From the NCBI GenBank assembly GCA_013115145.1, contig JAAPAO010000097.1, positions 15,347 to 79,346 on the forward strand: a stretch of DNA of 64,000 nucleotides, read 5' to 3'. The notes below the pieces were generated by a model. The model had not been told where the DNA came from. It made no database searches and worked only from the letters and a program-made list of their open reading frames with translations. The position numbers and the translations under genes were made by a program. The DNA is from Perkinsus chesapeaki ATCC PRA-425. Lineage: Eukaryota; Protista; Perkinsozoa. Shown in pieces: positions 11,650-25,800 of this stretch (positions within the stretch are counted from its first letter, which is position 1; each line of letters starts with the position of its first letter).

Positions 11650-12345
11650 TCACAGCGTCTCCTCCAAAAAAAGTATCAGCCTTCCGAAAGTTGAACCCTC
11701 CGACCTGGAGCACCATCCATCTTTCAGCCCAGAGTTCAATCGTGACATAGCACTCATGCGGCGCCCCATCGCCGATTTGGACCGGTATCCGAAGTTCCGA
11801 AGGCTCGTCTTGACAAAACTGATGTCAGCGGTTTCAGATTCCCCGCCGGTCAGACTCACCGCGTTCAGTCGCACGTTGAGTTTTTCACATTGTCCCAGCA
11901 GAATGTCGGCCACTAAGCCTTTTCTCTTATCCCACACCTCGATCTCAAGTTCGAGCTCACCGGTTACGCGCTCGAGCGTGCGAGAGTAGCTCCATGTCGG
12001 ATTCCTTGTGTTTGGGCAGACACATGTCTCGATGGTTTCACAGCCCAATTGAAGCTTCACATAGGGATCGCAGCAGCCTCCAAGCCACTTGTCTTGAGAT
12101 AGGTCGGGAAGATTTGCAGCACCAACAACCGTCAGCGTCACGCGGTAGATTTGTCTGGCGTCGCTTTCAGTACGGCTGGCGTGATCGCTAGTCAACCTGG
12201 AGCCCTGCGGCATCGGTTGCTTTCGTTTCGGTTGTATTAGACGTGGAGACGTTTGTCGTTGCTCAATTGCTGTGGCGAGATCTCGCGCACGCTCGAGATT
12301 CTCCAGGAATTTTGCCGATTGCCTGGGGTGCTCTACGCGCCTTTC
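11650..12345 (-). CDS. C2-domain exon, probably upstream part of the same multi-C2 gene
   Basis: Clear C2 domain VTLTVVGAANLPD...CDPYVKLQLG...TCVCPNTRNPTW...IEVWDK...DILLGQ. The frame stays open upstream of the listed ATG to about 12345. Confidence 0.8.
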   Translation of the reverse strand, partial: ERRVEHPRQSAKFLENLERARDLATAIEQRQTSPRLIQPKRKQPMPQGSRLTSDHASRTESDARQIYRVTLTVVGAANLPDLSQDKWLGGCCDPYVKLQLGCETIETCVCPNTRNPTWSYSRTLERVTGELELEIEVWDKRKGLVADILLGQCEKLNVRLNAVSLTGGESETADISFVKTSLRNFGYRSKSAMGRRMSAMSRLNSGLKDGWCSRSEGSTFGRLILFLEETL

Positions 12346-12777
12346 CGCGTCGAGATTTGTAACAGAATCCCTAAAAACCAGCGCTTACTTGACCATCGCC
12401 ATAATTGCCCTACCGGCAAGATAAGTTCGAAGCAGGTCCCATCAAGGGCACCCTGGCGATTCGACATCGCATGAGCTCATCTATCTTGTCAACTCTTCTC
12501 GTCATAGCCTCCTCCAAATGCGCCTAGGAAAGATTTAGAAGATGCTAAGCAAGGGTTGTATGACCAAGAACAGGGACTCAGTGAGTCCAACTCACGGAGA
12601 GTGTCGAGGAGCCGCTTTGTACTCTAAGCTTTCCCATTCCATTGAAAATTGAATTTCAATTTCTTTTATTCTCAAATTGAGAACGAATCAGTGAATTTGG
12701 AAGTCGCGAATTCTACGGCTCGGGAAATCTGCCATATCAGTAGGCATTGGCGAAACATCGTGCATAGTACCGTGCTA

Positions 12778-13050
12778 CTAGTGCTTGCATTCGATGGTCT
12801 CGTACGAATAGTTGCACGGGGCCCTTCCCACCAGTTCATTCCGTCTCTCACTCCGATGATCGTTGTTTCGCACAGGTTTCCCTTGCAATTGCCTTATCTG
12901 TTCATCGAGCTCTCTAAGATTTTGTGCTAGAACATTTCGAGAGGACTCCCGTTTTCGCAATCTAGTCGGTCGTGTGTCCACCTCTGCACGGAGCTTCGAC
13001 ACAAACTCTGCAAAGTCGCCACCAAGCGAGTTCATCAAAGCAAATAAAGT
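12778..13050 (-). CDS. Hypothetical helical exon, possibly the 5' part of the C2 gene
   Basis: Open frame with coiled-coil-like LAQNLRELDEQIRQLQG on the same strand directly upstream of the C2 exon. Confidence 0.4.
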   Translation of the reverse strand, partial: TLFALMNSLGGDFAEFVSKLRAEVDTRPTRLRKRESSRNVLAQNLRELDEQIRQLQGKPVRNNDHRSERRNELVGRAPCNYSYETIECKH

Positions 13051-13802
13051 TCCTTATGAAAATATTTCCCCGTGAATCCTCCCTTAACATTTTGTCCGTT
13101 GCCATTCAGAGCTTTTGCTCAGCGAGCAGCTCCGAGAAAATAGTAGTAACTCCCTTGGCTGAATACTGATAAATCCTTGACCATTAGAACTCAACAGATT
13201 CCAGTCAAGCGTAAGAGTAACCTTAGTTGCAAATGCGAAGTGCCGATGACTCTTTCCAGCTGTCGGAGCAAACACGGTATTACGGGCGGATGAGGAATAG
13301 CGATATATAGAGTATATTTGCTTCATATCGCTACTCAGTCGGTTGCCATCTGACAGTAGTACACTGGCTGCCCCGGGGCTAGTAGCCCAGCCCTGGTACC
13401 AGTCCGTCGACTAGTACTCAGGCCGAAAAAAATAGTTACTCCCCATCTCAATAGAGCGATGCCGAATCTGACAGGATAGTCTCTTGCAGCAGCTTCTCAA
13501 AAACTTGCTGCACTTGGTCTCGACTTAAACCAGGAATGCACTAAACCATTCAGTCAAGCTTTGACTGAACGGCTTCACTGTCAAAGTTATGAACCCCCCT
13601 CCGGATCATCTCAAAACTACAGCAAGCTGACACAGTGAGCTGGTGATTTTCCCGTCATGAAACCGTGGCGTCCTTTAAATCACAGCTCGCGTAATATCGC
13701 AAACTGCTGGAATCAAATCGGATAGCGACCAACAATTCCGCGGCCCACGTGTAAATTAAGCACTGCAACCAAATACTGACATCATATCACACCAGCCAGC
13801 CA

Positions 13803-16800
13803 TCACGCGCCATGCCCAACTGACACTTCATCATCGTCTATATCATAATCCTCATCATACTCCTCATCATCCCCAGGGTCCTTCTCCCACATAGCTTGCA
13901 ACCTCGGATCAGCCAGGAGTGTCTCCTCTAACTCGGTGAACTTCTTTATTGCTTGAACTTCGTGGCGTGCTAGCCTCTGCTCCAGGATTTGGATACTGAA
14001 AAATCCTACTGGACAGTCAAACCATTGTCATGCTCGATAATGGCTCCCCGTGGAGTCCATTCAATTTTTAATGATATTTTATAACTTTTCTATTGATATG
14101 ACGACATTGAATTGCTCTACAATCGCGTGCCCAGATGTAAATACATCTTGATGCTTACTCGACCTAGTGCTGCCGTTTAACTTCTTACCGGAACATCGCC
14201 AGTGTTTGATATTTCTCAAAGTCAGCTTCAGCTCGTCCTTGCTGAGCCTCTGGACCACCCCGACGTTGAACTTGAGCGCGTCGCTTCTTCAACGCTTCCT
14301 GAACAGCAGCAGTGCAGGATATTCGCGAGTCACTGCGCCGCGAAATTGCCATCTCTACCAACTCTCCCCGACCCACCTGCTCATCTTCAAGTCTCTTCTG
14401 TATGATCGCTGCTCGGTCTAGAAGCCTCTTACGGAAGTCATTCTTGCACCTGCCAAGGAAAAAAAATTCCCGAGTCTGGGAAAAAATTATGTGACGGATA
14501 GGCATACAGCGCAACTGTTATTAGTTATACACTGGAAACTCACACGCGATTTCCCTGGGGATCAAGCATGCGCGAAAAGCTGCTCAGTCGAGGTACGGGA
14601 TTCCTTCATAAACTAGCACAAATGGTAACGACCGCGAAAAAAACAATATTTTTTGACGAACATTTGCTTGTAGTAGCAATTGTCCATTCTTACTTTTTAG
14701 CCACGAATTCGGCCTGTAAAGCATCCAATTGCTTGCCAGGGAACTCCGACAGATATGGTGCCAAAATATCCACCTGAAACACGAACCAACCTCGGACACT
14801 TTGTCGGACTCAACTGCTACTATCACACATCAGTGATAGCTGCACGTCTCAGCACTGATTGAGATACAGAAGATTATTTCAATTAGTAATTGTGATTGTG
14901 TTGGCACACAATCCGCTGTCTCCTTCCATGAAAGCTAGGCTAAGTGCAAAGTTTCAATATTGTTTGTTCAACAAAGGTATCTTTGTTTACAGGTGTCGAG
15001 TTCCTGTAATAACAGTAATACTCTCGGGATGGTCCGGATACCAAAGCTGAGCATTGTGATACCACACGTTGTGATATTGTAGGAAAGTTTTACATGCTAG
15101 GTATGTTATTTTCCAATATGGATTTTACGATTGCATTCGTATCAATATTATGATGGGGAATGCAATCGGACGTTCGCCTTGACCACTCGGCCAACCTGCT
15201 CTCCCAACGCTCCAAGCTGACTGAGTGTCGGGTGACCGTCGGCTGTATGGTTTTATATTTTAGGAGATCATTATCATAAATTGTGATTCATACGGCTGTA
15301 CTTATTCTGCATCTTCACCGCAGCATCACCACTACCAATGATACTATATAATTTCTCACTAGAGGAGGAGCGATCTCCCTCTACCTATCAACTATACTGT
15401 TCGTTTCTCCATTCCTTTTTCAGCAGACCACTACAAAAGGGTAAAAATCCATGGGACTATCACCAATATTCGTGCTCTCGCCGATTTTCGCTCGGGAGTA
15501 TTTCTCATGCTTGGAAGCGACACTTTCAAGCGAAGATCGGGCAAAACTGTGAAGCGAGACACTCGGAGCGTTCCTCACCTTTTTGGTAGAGTTCTTATCC
15601 TGTTCTCCACCCGAAGGATCATCCACATCATCGAGCCGAGTTGTCACTTTCATCGAGCTATCTCTAGCGTAGTCGTAGACATCGCGGACCAACGCCTGAA
15701 AGAGTCACGCGCCACGTTATTTACATTTTTCTTGTATAGCTGAAGATGGCTCCCACGGCCCTTGGTCTCCTAATGCTAATATTTCCGATAATAATTCATT
15801 TTCAAGCCGACAATTTGTAGATAATAAACCAAACATTTGTCTGTCGCGTGAAGGCACGCCGATGCCCATGCCTCGTATCATTGTGTAAAAGGGACAGTGT
15901 TCAAGAAATTTGGTTGAATACATATTTTAGCGATGAGAAAAAATGCACGTGAACATTCTTTCCGATTTTTCCATCCCGTATCGTCAAGGAGTCATTTTTC
16001 CGAGGAAATTCCAGAGCTCTGAAACTGAGGACTGCCAGCAGATACTCCAACACTCGTAAGCACCGAGAAACTCCAGCCCAATGTTTCTCACCAGATTTCG
16101 TTTATTCCCCAGATTCTCCTCGGCGCCCACTGGTAGTGAGGCGAAATCTGGTATAATTGGGCCACCACTGATGCCCATCGCTGAACAAGAAAACGCTCGA
16201 TTGCAACGCGAATAGTAATAGTTACTTGAAAATAAAAAAATACCGAGAAAATCAATTTTAACATAATCGAGCTCCGGTGAAGTATTCCGTCCAACACTCA
16301 ACTGGGAAACAGTGTATCCGATAAATTCTCCCTAAAAGTTGGAAAACTGTCCTACACGAAAATTTCTTATTTCTGCCTTCTTCGCGAAACACCTGTTGCC
16401 ATCGTTCAACAACCCCTACCATTCTGTGCGACCGGCGCAGCCTCCTGCTGTGCCACTAGTCTTATGCTCTTCACGTTGCTCTCCTCCTTGCGACGAAGAG
16501 CGAGCTCAGTAGTGACTGGCAACCAACTGATTTAACTTTCACTCGCAAAACGTACTGCGATTCATCGTCTCGACGAAGTTGTGTTTGCAACTTTTTTCAA
16601 GTTGCATGAGCTGATGCAACTGTCTCGGCGTCGGCAGTTCTATTTCTTCGCCGGCTCCCATGCGGCTGAGCTTGTCGAGTCTGAAGCACCACAGATCTAC
16701 GCAGATCGGATGTGAGAGTCATCACGTAAGGGAAGTTCCGTCGGAGGTTTTGTGGAATGTGAGCTGCTGACCGGAGAGCCTTCCCTCTGGTCGATGATAT

Positions 16801-19800
16801 GTGATACGAATCGACTTTGTCAAGAGGTTGAACACTATCTTGCCTGATAAAAAGATAAGCATGTAAATTGTCGGGTGTATAGCTCAGTGGTAGAGCGGCT
16901 GACTGCAGATCAGCAGGTCCTCGGTTCAAATCCGGGTACGCCCTTCTCACTGCACAATTCGGTTATCAAACACATCTGTTTGTTAACCTCCTCATCTGGC
17001 TTTCTGTACTTCTGTGCCATCTTTACCATAGGAATGTCACCGAGAGATTCTGACACGACAATCACTCCGATGGAATGAGCACCTATGTCTAGTTAAGCGA
17101 GTCTGGATGTTTCTCGTAACATCTCCAAACCGTTTGAACTCGCGAATGCAGTCATCATAATATCGTAACATCGAACAACATTTATAAATCCGAGAAACAA
17201 GTTCCCGACAAAAGAAGACAACTTACCTATTGGCAGACTAGGCAAACTCCGACTCATCTTCGTTCCCTTCAGCGACCGATCTATCTTCACCGAATGGTAT
17301 TCCAGAAGATCATCCCGATCGATAAAATACTCCTATCAACCACAGCGTCCCCTCGACTCGTCCAGAGCCACCTCACTTTAATTTTCTCGCCGATTCTATC
17401 CACGGTACGTTCGAGCCCATCTGGTCTGGTCTCGTGGAAGTACTCCATGCAGCGCCACTTCTCGTCAATATCGATTAAACTCTGAAAAGCCGTAACGTTC
17501 CCTCCCACGACTCATCTGGCAGAGCTCACCTTCAAAGCACCCGATCGGCCACGCTCGAAATCTTCCCTGATGGCTGTGTCGGCTAGATACCTCAACGCAC
17601 AAGTGGATGGCGAGCGGTATACGGACCAAACTCACTTCACTCGATTCTTCAGCATATCCTTTCGCTGTTTGTAGGTCTCGGTTATCATAACAGGAAGGCG
17701 CAGTCGTAGGTCTTTAAATCGAGTCACTCTGGAATAAAAAACGATCGAAGACGAAGAACCTCGTCCAGGAAATCGCTGGAAAGAATTATGTCAACTTCCT
17801 TCCAAAACTTGAGAAATAGGATCATTTTCAAGTTACATTATCTATGCAACTTACATACACCAATAACGTTCGCTTATGGTGAACGCTATGTTACTAGCGC
17901 TGTTATTAACTCTAAACACTGACTACATTTAAAGTAGTGAAATCAAGTAGCATTGCATTAACAAGCAGCTTCAGCAATTGCTTCAGTATAGGAGTCCTGT
18001 GCGTGAACCACACAGTGTAATGTAGTGTCGCATGACGGCCACAATGCGACGTAAAGATTCTTTACCAAAGAACATCTCTATTCGACTCAGGTACAATCAG
18101 TCGAATCAACCAAGGTTGCGGGGTACTCAAGTGAGTTTGTCGGCTGAGTTATCACCGGATGGCACGTAGTTGACTGAGACGGTAATTGTGTCTATTCAAT
18201 CATGTCGTTGATAATCTGAAAGCGTCCTTCGACGAAGGGTTTGGTAGATGCCAGTGAGATTCACCCAGCGATCTCCATACAACAGCTTATGTCAGTTGAG
18301 GCACGAAACATCCAATATTTTACAAAATAATATGAATAGCGGCGTATTACAGTGTTACTATCAGTCAGAATCAGTGCATTATTACGCCCTAAACTACTCA
18401 ACAGCTACGTTCAAGCCTCGGATTACCCCGTCTAACTCTGCGACGTTGATGTGTCGCTCGCATCCGACGGCACGAAACCAAGAGCGTCCTCAACTTGCAT
18501 CTTCCCAAAGAGCAAAACTGCGCCGAGAGCCACTGAACGACCGTCAGTGTAGTGAATTTATCCTTCCATTGAATTTAGAATGGAGGAATGGAGACTCCAC
18601 TTGGGAAAGCTTTCAAGAGCTGGGCGGGGGACTCCCCCCACTCCCCCATGGGGGATGATCGCCAGGAGTACGGTGTGGGCGTAAGACCGAAAAATACTTT
18701 CGGGGAAAGGCGAGGGAAAGTCCGACGCGACTCTACGTAATCAAGTCGAATCGAACCTTCAGCGCCACCGATAGGTCACGTATCCAATATGAAAGCTACG
18801 TATTCGATACGTAATCAAATTGAGACCGGTAAACTGCACACGGACCCTCCAGGCACACCAAGGAGCTAATAGACGGTGATCATCAAATTTTGTTTGGGGC
18901 ACGGCCCGTGCCCTTTCGGGTAATCCGACACGGGAGACAGACTCTATCACTGCTCAGCCCTATGCCGTGAAGTTCACGGCATTTGCTATAAAATCTATAG
19001 CCGACCAGAGTGCTTCGCGCGGTGTGGTCAAACTATCGGTCAACGCGTACTAAACCGCACGGTTCACCGTCTCCGGTGCATCTTATCCGATATTCAAGAG
19101 CTGCTCAGCGCGGCATGCGTCCTTACCTACCAGCTCGCCGACTTCGGATGCTCAAGCCAGTTAAAGCTTGAGCATCCGGTCGAACTTTAACTTGTCGGAT
19201 ATCCGACTTCTTGAAAACGAGTAGAAATGTTAAGCTCAGATGGCAGAGGCTGAGGATGTTGATTTAGAATAACTGTAAGTCATTAACTGACAGGAATATC
19301 GAAAATTCGCTTGTATGTATGCATCCGCAGTTTTATTCTCCGATTAGAGAAATATCATTGAGCGATGACTGTAGTGCCGCGGCAGAATATTCGTATATAA
19401 AAGCCGCTCATTCTTGTCACATCCACGCTGGTCGTAGGGCTAAACCATAGCTCACGACAATACTCCCTCGATTCACATGTCAAAATTGCATTCTCGCAGA
19501 TCGTCACCTTTCAACGACTCCATCCGGCTGCGAGTAAGGTGCGAAGAGCTCCAAGATCGCTTTGCGATATTTCTCCATTCGCACCCCTCTGTCGCAGTAA
19601 CGCACACCGTATCTGAAAGAATCAACTCCACCTGTCTTTCGTCTCCAGCGAACCTGTCTTTCGGTATCAACGGTGGTGCCGCCCAACTTGCCGGAACATC
19701 TTCGACAGTAAGAGGTCTCGGGAGGTCATATACCCCTACTAGATATGCCAGTGGGACCGGAGGAGGCGTGGGCTCTGACAGGGAATAAGGAAATTGGAGT

Positions 19801-22800
19801 ACTCAGCGGGGATTTAGAAGTGTGTATGAGTAACACTGGAAGATAGGCATATGTAATTACGAAAGAGGTGTGCTCATGATCTACGAAGGGTCGTCCGGGT
19901 TGACTGAACCCACGAAATTTTTGGGCACGGACTTTCGACTGAAGGACCGAGGTTTGATAAAAAAGTGCATCACAGTTGAATATCCTTCGTTAAAAGAATC
20001 AAAGTTGAAACCTGTCATCAATGGAGGGCCATACCGTAGTGGTTTCCTGTACAACAGTTTAGATGGCAATGACTAAATGTATTCCGCGAATATCAACTCT
20101 TCGGAACAGTTGTAATTAGGTTGCTGTTCTTACCTTCATCAACACCAACGTTATTCTCTTCCTCCACTTCAGCACCTTCATCGGCCTTCACCTCACCGTC
20201 CGGCTGCTTAGAATCAACAAGAACGGGCTGAACGAGGAGGGGAAAGTGAAACCGTCAAAAGATACTCTTTAGGTTGAGTAAAGTAAAGGTGACAGGTAGG
20301 AATAATTGCGAGGATCCACTTTTTGGAAGGCAGACTCTCAGCTCATTCCAAGATCCAGTTTATCTATAATATCCATTAAGAGATACAAACGGCATCATCA
20401 TTCAGAGATTCTGTTCCTCGCGAGAAACATCTTTGTGGAATCTCCTTTCAATCGCATTTGAAATGATTCCTATCTTGATCCTCACCTCATAACAGCGTGT
20501 GTTGCGGACATCCATACTAACGCCTGTCAGATTCATTTTTGCTCGGAGTGGCCTTCGACCTTCGGATGGCTCATCATCGACGGAGCTCTTCTGGATGTTA
20601 ACCCAAACATTCCGGTTGTTCCACACTGTGTCGACCGCAAGATACCTATTGCGCACCGGGAAGATTTCTTCTACTGGCATTTGCATCTCGCGGCTTACGG
20701 ACAAGGCTCCAGAGCTGGACCTTTATAAGTGGAACCTAACATCAATATCTTTAACGACGAGAGAATCATGTCCCACAAATTCAACAGTGTAGCTTTTAGT
20801 AGTGTGGATATATTCCGGCAAGCTCGTCGATATATTTCGGCGATGCTGAGCGGAATGGTCTCCCCAAAAAATTTAGGACAAATTCCGTGAGACTCTGTCT
20901 GGGAAGTTTTGTCAAAGTTCTATCCCTAAGACACACATCAACTACTTGATCAGAGACAAATAAGCTCGTTTCATTGTATGAGCTGGCGTTGAAGCACTGT
21001 ATGTGATATAATCTCGAAGACTGGTTTATATGTACAAGGGAAAGCCCTTATCGTCTCTCCATTGAGGTAGGAGTAATTTTTTACAATAGATCTGAAGTCG
21101 TGACTAATCCTCTTCCCGCTCACTGGGCTCGACTTCAGTAGAGAATATGATCCCCGTGGTTGGTTCAACAAACACATCTCGGGTGACATCTCTCGACCCC
21201 TTACGGACCAACACCCAGCAGTGTGCTCGCCGACCTGCGATGAAAATCAAATTGATCACTCATTTATCGTGCACTGGTTAAATTGAATGAACCCTACGCG
21301 GCACATAAAGACTCACCAATGAACTCTGAGGGCTCTCCAACATTATCGTTGTGGCTGCTGCTGCTGCCGAGATCCTTCATATTCGCTGATAGTGCGGCAA
21401 TAAAGTCCATGTCCTCTTCCTGATAATGCCATATGGGATCCAGAGGAGATGAAGAACTTTTCGACTGATCTCACATCTTCAGTTTCGGCATCGTCCGAGT
21501 CGCTCCTTTCCGCTTCATAGGCAGCTTGAGCTTCCAGACGAGCCTGAGGAAGTGGAGTAGGCTTGAGTGAGCTCAGGAAGACATATACAGGTCCGCGGTA
21601 GTATAGAGGTTAGTATTCCTGCCTGTCACGTAGGAGACCCGGGTTCAATTTCCGGCCGCGGAAGTTTATATCTACCTTTGCTTTTCCTTCTTCCTTCACA
21701 TATTCACTCTCCAGAGGAGGCTTCTTCACCAACGAGAATTCCGGACCTGAAACAACAACGACACCATTCGAGGCATCAACAATCTGCAACGAATCAGTAC
21801 GAGGTATTTGTATTAGTTAATTTTCGTACTTTCAGCACCTCCCAACCGAAAAGTACGAATATCTGACCAGCTTAATCAATACCCATCAAGGCCAACACGC
21901 GCACATGTCATTCGTGCACGACAGGAACGCCACATGAGACTGCTTTAAATTCCAAACGCAGCGCACACTTGAGTGAGTCGTGTGGAGCACAAAGCATGCT
22001 CGCTGAATCTCACCGAGAGTTTTTTCGATCATATCCACCGAGCTTCGTCTCCTGCCTCCACTCAAACTGCCTCGACGAGCAGGCTGCGGAACTGACCAAG
22101 GATAATCCACTCATAGCCACTTCGGCTCCTTACCAAGCGGAGTTGCTGGCTCATCTTCGTCAGTGGCTTTCGGACGGGGCAGCAGAAAATCAATATACCT
22201 GAGCAACTATTTCGCATCTCTTCCGAGAACCTTGTAGTGAATTTCATCAATCCACCCGTGCCGATCGACTGACTTAACCGGAGAGCAAAGCCTTGGATCA
22301 GGGCTTCTCGAGGCCCTCGAATATACTTCTGCTAAAACACAATCTCATTTTTCCGACTTGCTGGCCCAGAAAACCAAATGATTCAACTGGGCAGTTGTCC
22401 ATAATATCGACAACTCTCTATCAAATGATCGCCGAAGGAAAAGGCTCAGCTATCCTCAAATGATAGAAATGGGGGAAATTCAGGGCAGAAGCTGGGGAAG
22501 TTTGCCAATGACCAATCTCACCTTTGCAGCATTTTCCTCTCTTCCGTCACATCTGAACCATCACTGGCATCACGTGCCTGAGACGAGAAGCAGCGTGCAA
22601 TTTCGGCAACCCGAGTTTTCCAACTTCTCTTCGTTCAGTCTTCCTCCTCCCAGTGCCCCCCTAACTCTAGCTTATAACTTAATCCATTCTATACAATCAC
22701 GACACTGTACTCCGCAGTAACTCGAGTAAAATCCGGCATATAGCTTGCCGAGAGCTTAGCCGAAGGCTAACCTCAGTTTGTGTTAGCTAATAGGTCGATA

Positions 22801-25800
22801 AAATTATTCACAATTCCGGAAAACAGAGCCATTTATTAATATTCAGTGTTCCACGAGGATGTTTATAATAATTACTATGGTAATTAATATTAATAACATG
22901 TCCCTAATAAGTACTATTTTAATTTATATTAATAACATGTCCCTAATAAGTACTATTTTAATTTATAATAATAACATGTCCCTAATAAGTACTATGGTAA
23001 TTTAGTTGCATTTTTCTGTGTTGGCGTGTTCCTCTACAACGCTATGCTGTTGTGAAGTGTGCCCCCTCTTCACCTTGCTTACCCTCTCTAGGAACCTGAA
23101 ATCATCAGCGGGACAATCTCTCCTCTTCAGACTTCGACATGTTATCCATCTCGGGGCAATTCCAGCGACGCAGTAGGCGTCGTATCCAGCACCGATCAGG
23201 ATGGAGCAAAGTACCTTGAAATAATTTGATAACAGGAGAATCCAGTGAAGTGTTTTCGATGGTATTCCCCACAATTTATCAGAACTTGCCAAAATTTGAC
23301 ACTATTTGGCCCTACTTGGGCACCAGTCGAGTCTACAGTTCATGGTAACAACCCTAAAAACGAGATACACAGTTCACACGAAGGGATAGATATGCAGTAG
23401 GAAGCAGCGTAATTTATCGATTGGGATTTAGTAAAACCGACGTAATTAATGAAGCCTAACTGGAGCACTATGGAAAGAATTAAGTCGCTTCGTTCAACTT
23501 CAATTCGCGCGGCTCATTTTCTCAACTATAAGAAACCTACACGAGGAAGGAGAAGCAGAACGAGTTTTTCCGGAAACTCGATTTCTCGCGCAATTCCTAA
23601 ACCAGACCTTACCACACTTATATCGAAAGCATCACCGGCTTGATAAAAAAGCGTTGTAGAGGGAGAGCAAACAACTGTCGGGAATCTGAACGTAGATTCG
23701 ATCGACTTTTTCATGCGCTACCTACGCCGCTGGATCCTTGAGGGGTTCATAAGCGATATAATTGGCAATGAACTTTGCACATGACTTAAGCTCGTTAAGT
23801 TCGGGGTAGCTCTGAGGGAAGAGAGCCAGTCGAAACGGGCAAACCAATGTAAAATAAGGTCCAGGTTTACTTCTGTATGTGGTTCATAGATATCCGTGGA
23901 AGATAGGTTTTAAATGTCACCAACCGCACGACTCAATAAATAAGTTGCAAAACATAGCAGATCAATCACATCACCGAGAAGCGCTCATGTTCATTTATCC
24001 TCCAAAAAACTCTGGCAGGGTTTTATTGCTCCTTGTAAAGACTTTGAAATTTCCACAAGGCAAAGATCGAAGATATTTTAGTTGCACAATTGAAAAATTC
24101 TACAGAGTGCGGTACACCCTTACAGTCGCTCTTTCGATAGAAAATACTCGTGCGGTACAACGGAGGTCAGAAATCACTAGTTGTCCCCAGGAGTAGGCAT
24201 AGGAATACTGCCCGTCCAAACACACAAGGCAGATTACCAAATATAAGTTATCTACCGCCGGAAGCGAAAGCTTGGAGTTCCCGAATTGGGCGCTATGGGC
24301 ATATATACGACCCTCCCCAATGAGATATAATATTTCGTTTTTTGAAAATTTCTCGTCCACAAGTTTCCCAGTACAGCGCACTGTGCAAGATATATACTCC
24401 AATCAGTAAAAAATATGTTATATAATATTATCAATTCTAACTCCGCACTGGGAACGCCTCGTCATCTTCGAGGAGCATATTCGTGCGAGGCTAGATAACA
24501 AATTCCTACAACGAATCGCACATAAAGAGGAATCATTCTGTATGATGATTTTGATGACACCGGCTCACACAGGAAACGATAACATACCAGCTTCAGCGGT
24601 CGGAGTGTAGTTGGCAAGAACTTGGGCACACCAATCTCGTTGGAAGGATACAAATACAACTGTCGTTCTTCGCCGTACGTCTGGGAAAACCGCGCCTGGA
24701 AATCTCTGAACAGGAAAACACTCATCTGGGTTTTGGGTTTCGGGTTTCGGGTTTTCTGCTCCTACCGAGCGTGCTGGAGTAATCGTTCCTCCTGTTTAGA
24801 ATTCGCTGCGTATGACTTCAAAAATGGCGGTATACCCAAGTCGGCCTGAAATCATCAAAATATACTTTTGTGCAAAAAAAAATTTCCCACCCAGAAATTC
24901 CCACTGCAAAAGTCGTTTTCAATTTCAAAGGATTCAATCAATTCTCAACAATCTCGCGAAAAATTCTAGTAGAAAATAATTATGATTTTTCCTGTAGAAA
25001 ATAATCATGATTTTTCCTGTATAAAATAATCATGATTTTTCCCGTAGAAAATTTTCCTGGAAAATATCGGTGATTTAAGAATTATATTAAAATATGATAT
25101 ACCGTGCTGTATATTAGTAATTGATACTATTTCCGTGGTGTGAGTATGTATATTAGAATTGCGCCGAAGAGGCATCGTATCGCACCTGTCAGTGTCATGT
25201 CAGGTATTTATTTAGAGTATTATTTCATTCACAAATGAAATATAATTTATATAATATCTACCGATCTAGATAATTTATATAATATAAATTATCATACACT
25301 GCAAAAGAACTCCTCGGGAGGGCAGCCACACCGAGATATTGGAGGCTCCAAGGTTCTCCATGAACGGATCTTCCCCTCGCAGGCTGGTAAAATGGGCCAA
25401 AAAATATCATACACTGCATACTCTGCAAACATTATAGAAAAATATATTATATTAATTATATTACTAATATTATATGGGCCGTATATTAGCATTATTGGTA
25501 CTTATAAATTATCTATGCATGCATCAGCAAACATTGCCAGCGAACTGTGAAAAAAGTTCTCAAGGGGAAAACGTACTCCCTTTAAGGGAGGCGATGAAGA
25601 TTGATAGAAATGAAGCTAATACGTCTCTACAAGGATGCTCACTTTGGGAAGGATAGCATCTGCATCCTCCAGCAGAGTTGAAAGTGATGAGGCTACTTTA
25701 CTTGCAAACCTGAAAATGTAAATCTTGTGATCCAAATCTAATCGACGCTGTCAATCTAGGCAAATCCTTTCACCGCAAACTAGCATAATTCCAACAAACA

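Noticed and set aside
16597-16950. 117-aa ORF overlapping tRNA-Cys; similar ORFs at 21567-21866 and 35675-35923
   Set aside because: These are read-throughs of tRNA genes and adjacent exons or introns, not genes.
18540-18660. LEWRNGDSTWES, resembling a retrotransposon chromodomain in a DRC7 intron
   Set aside because: The motif is short and I could not recognise integrase or RT sequence next to it.
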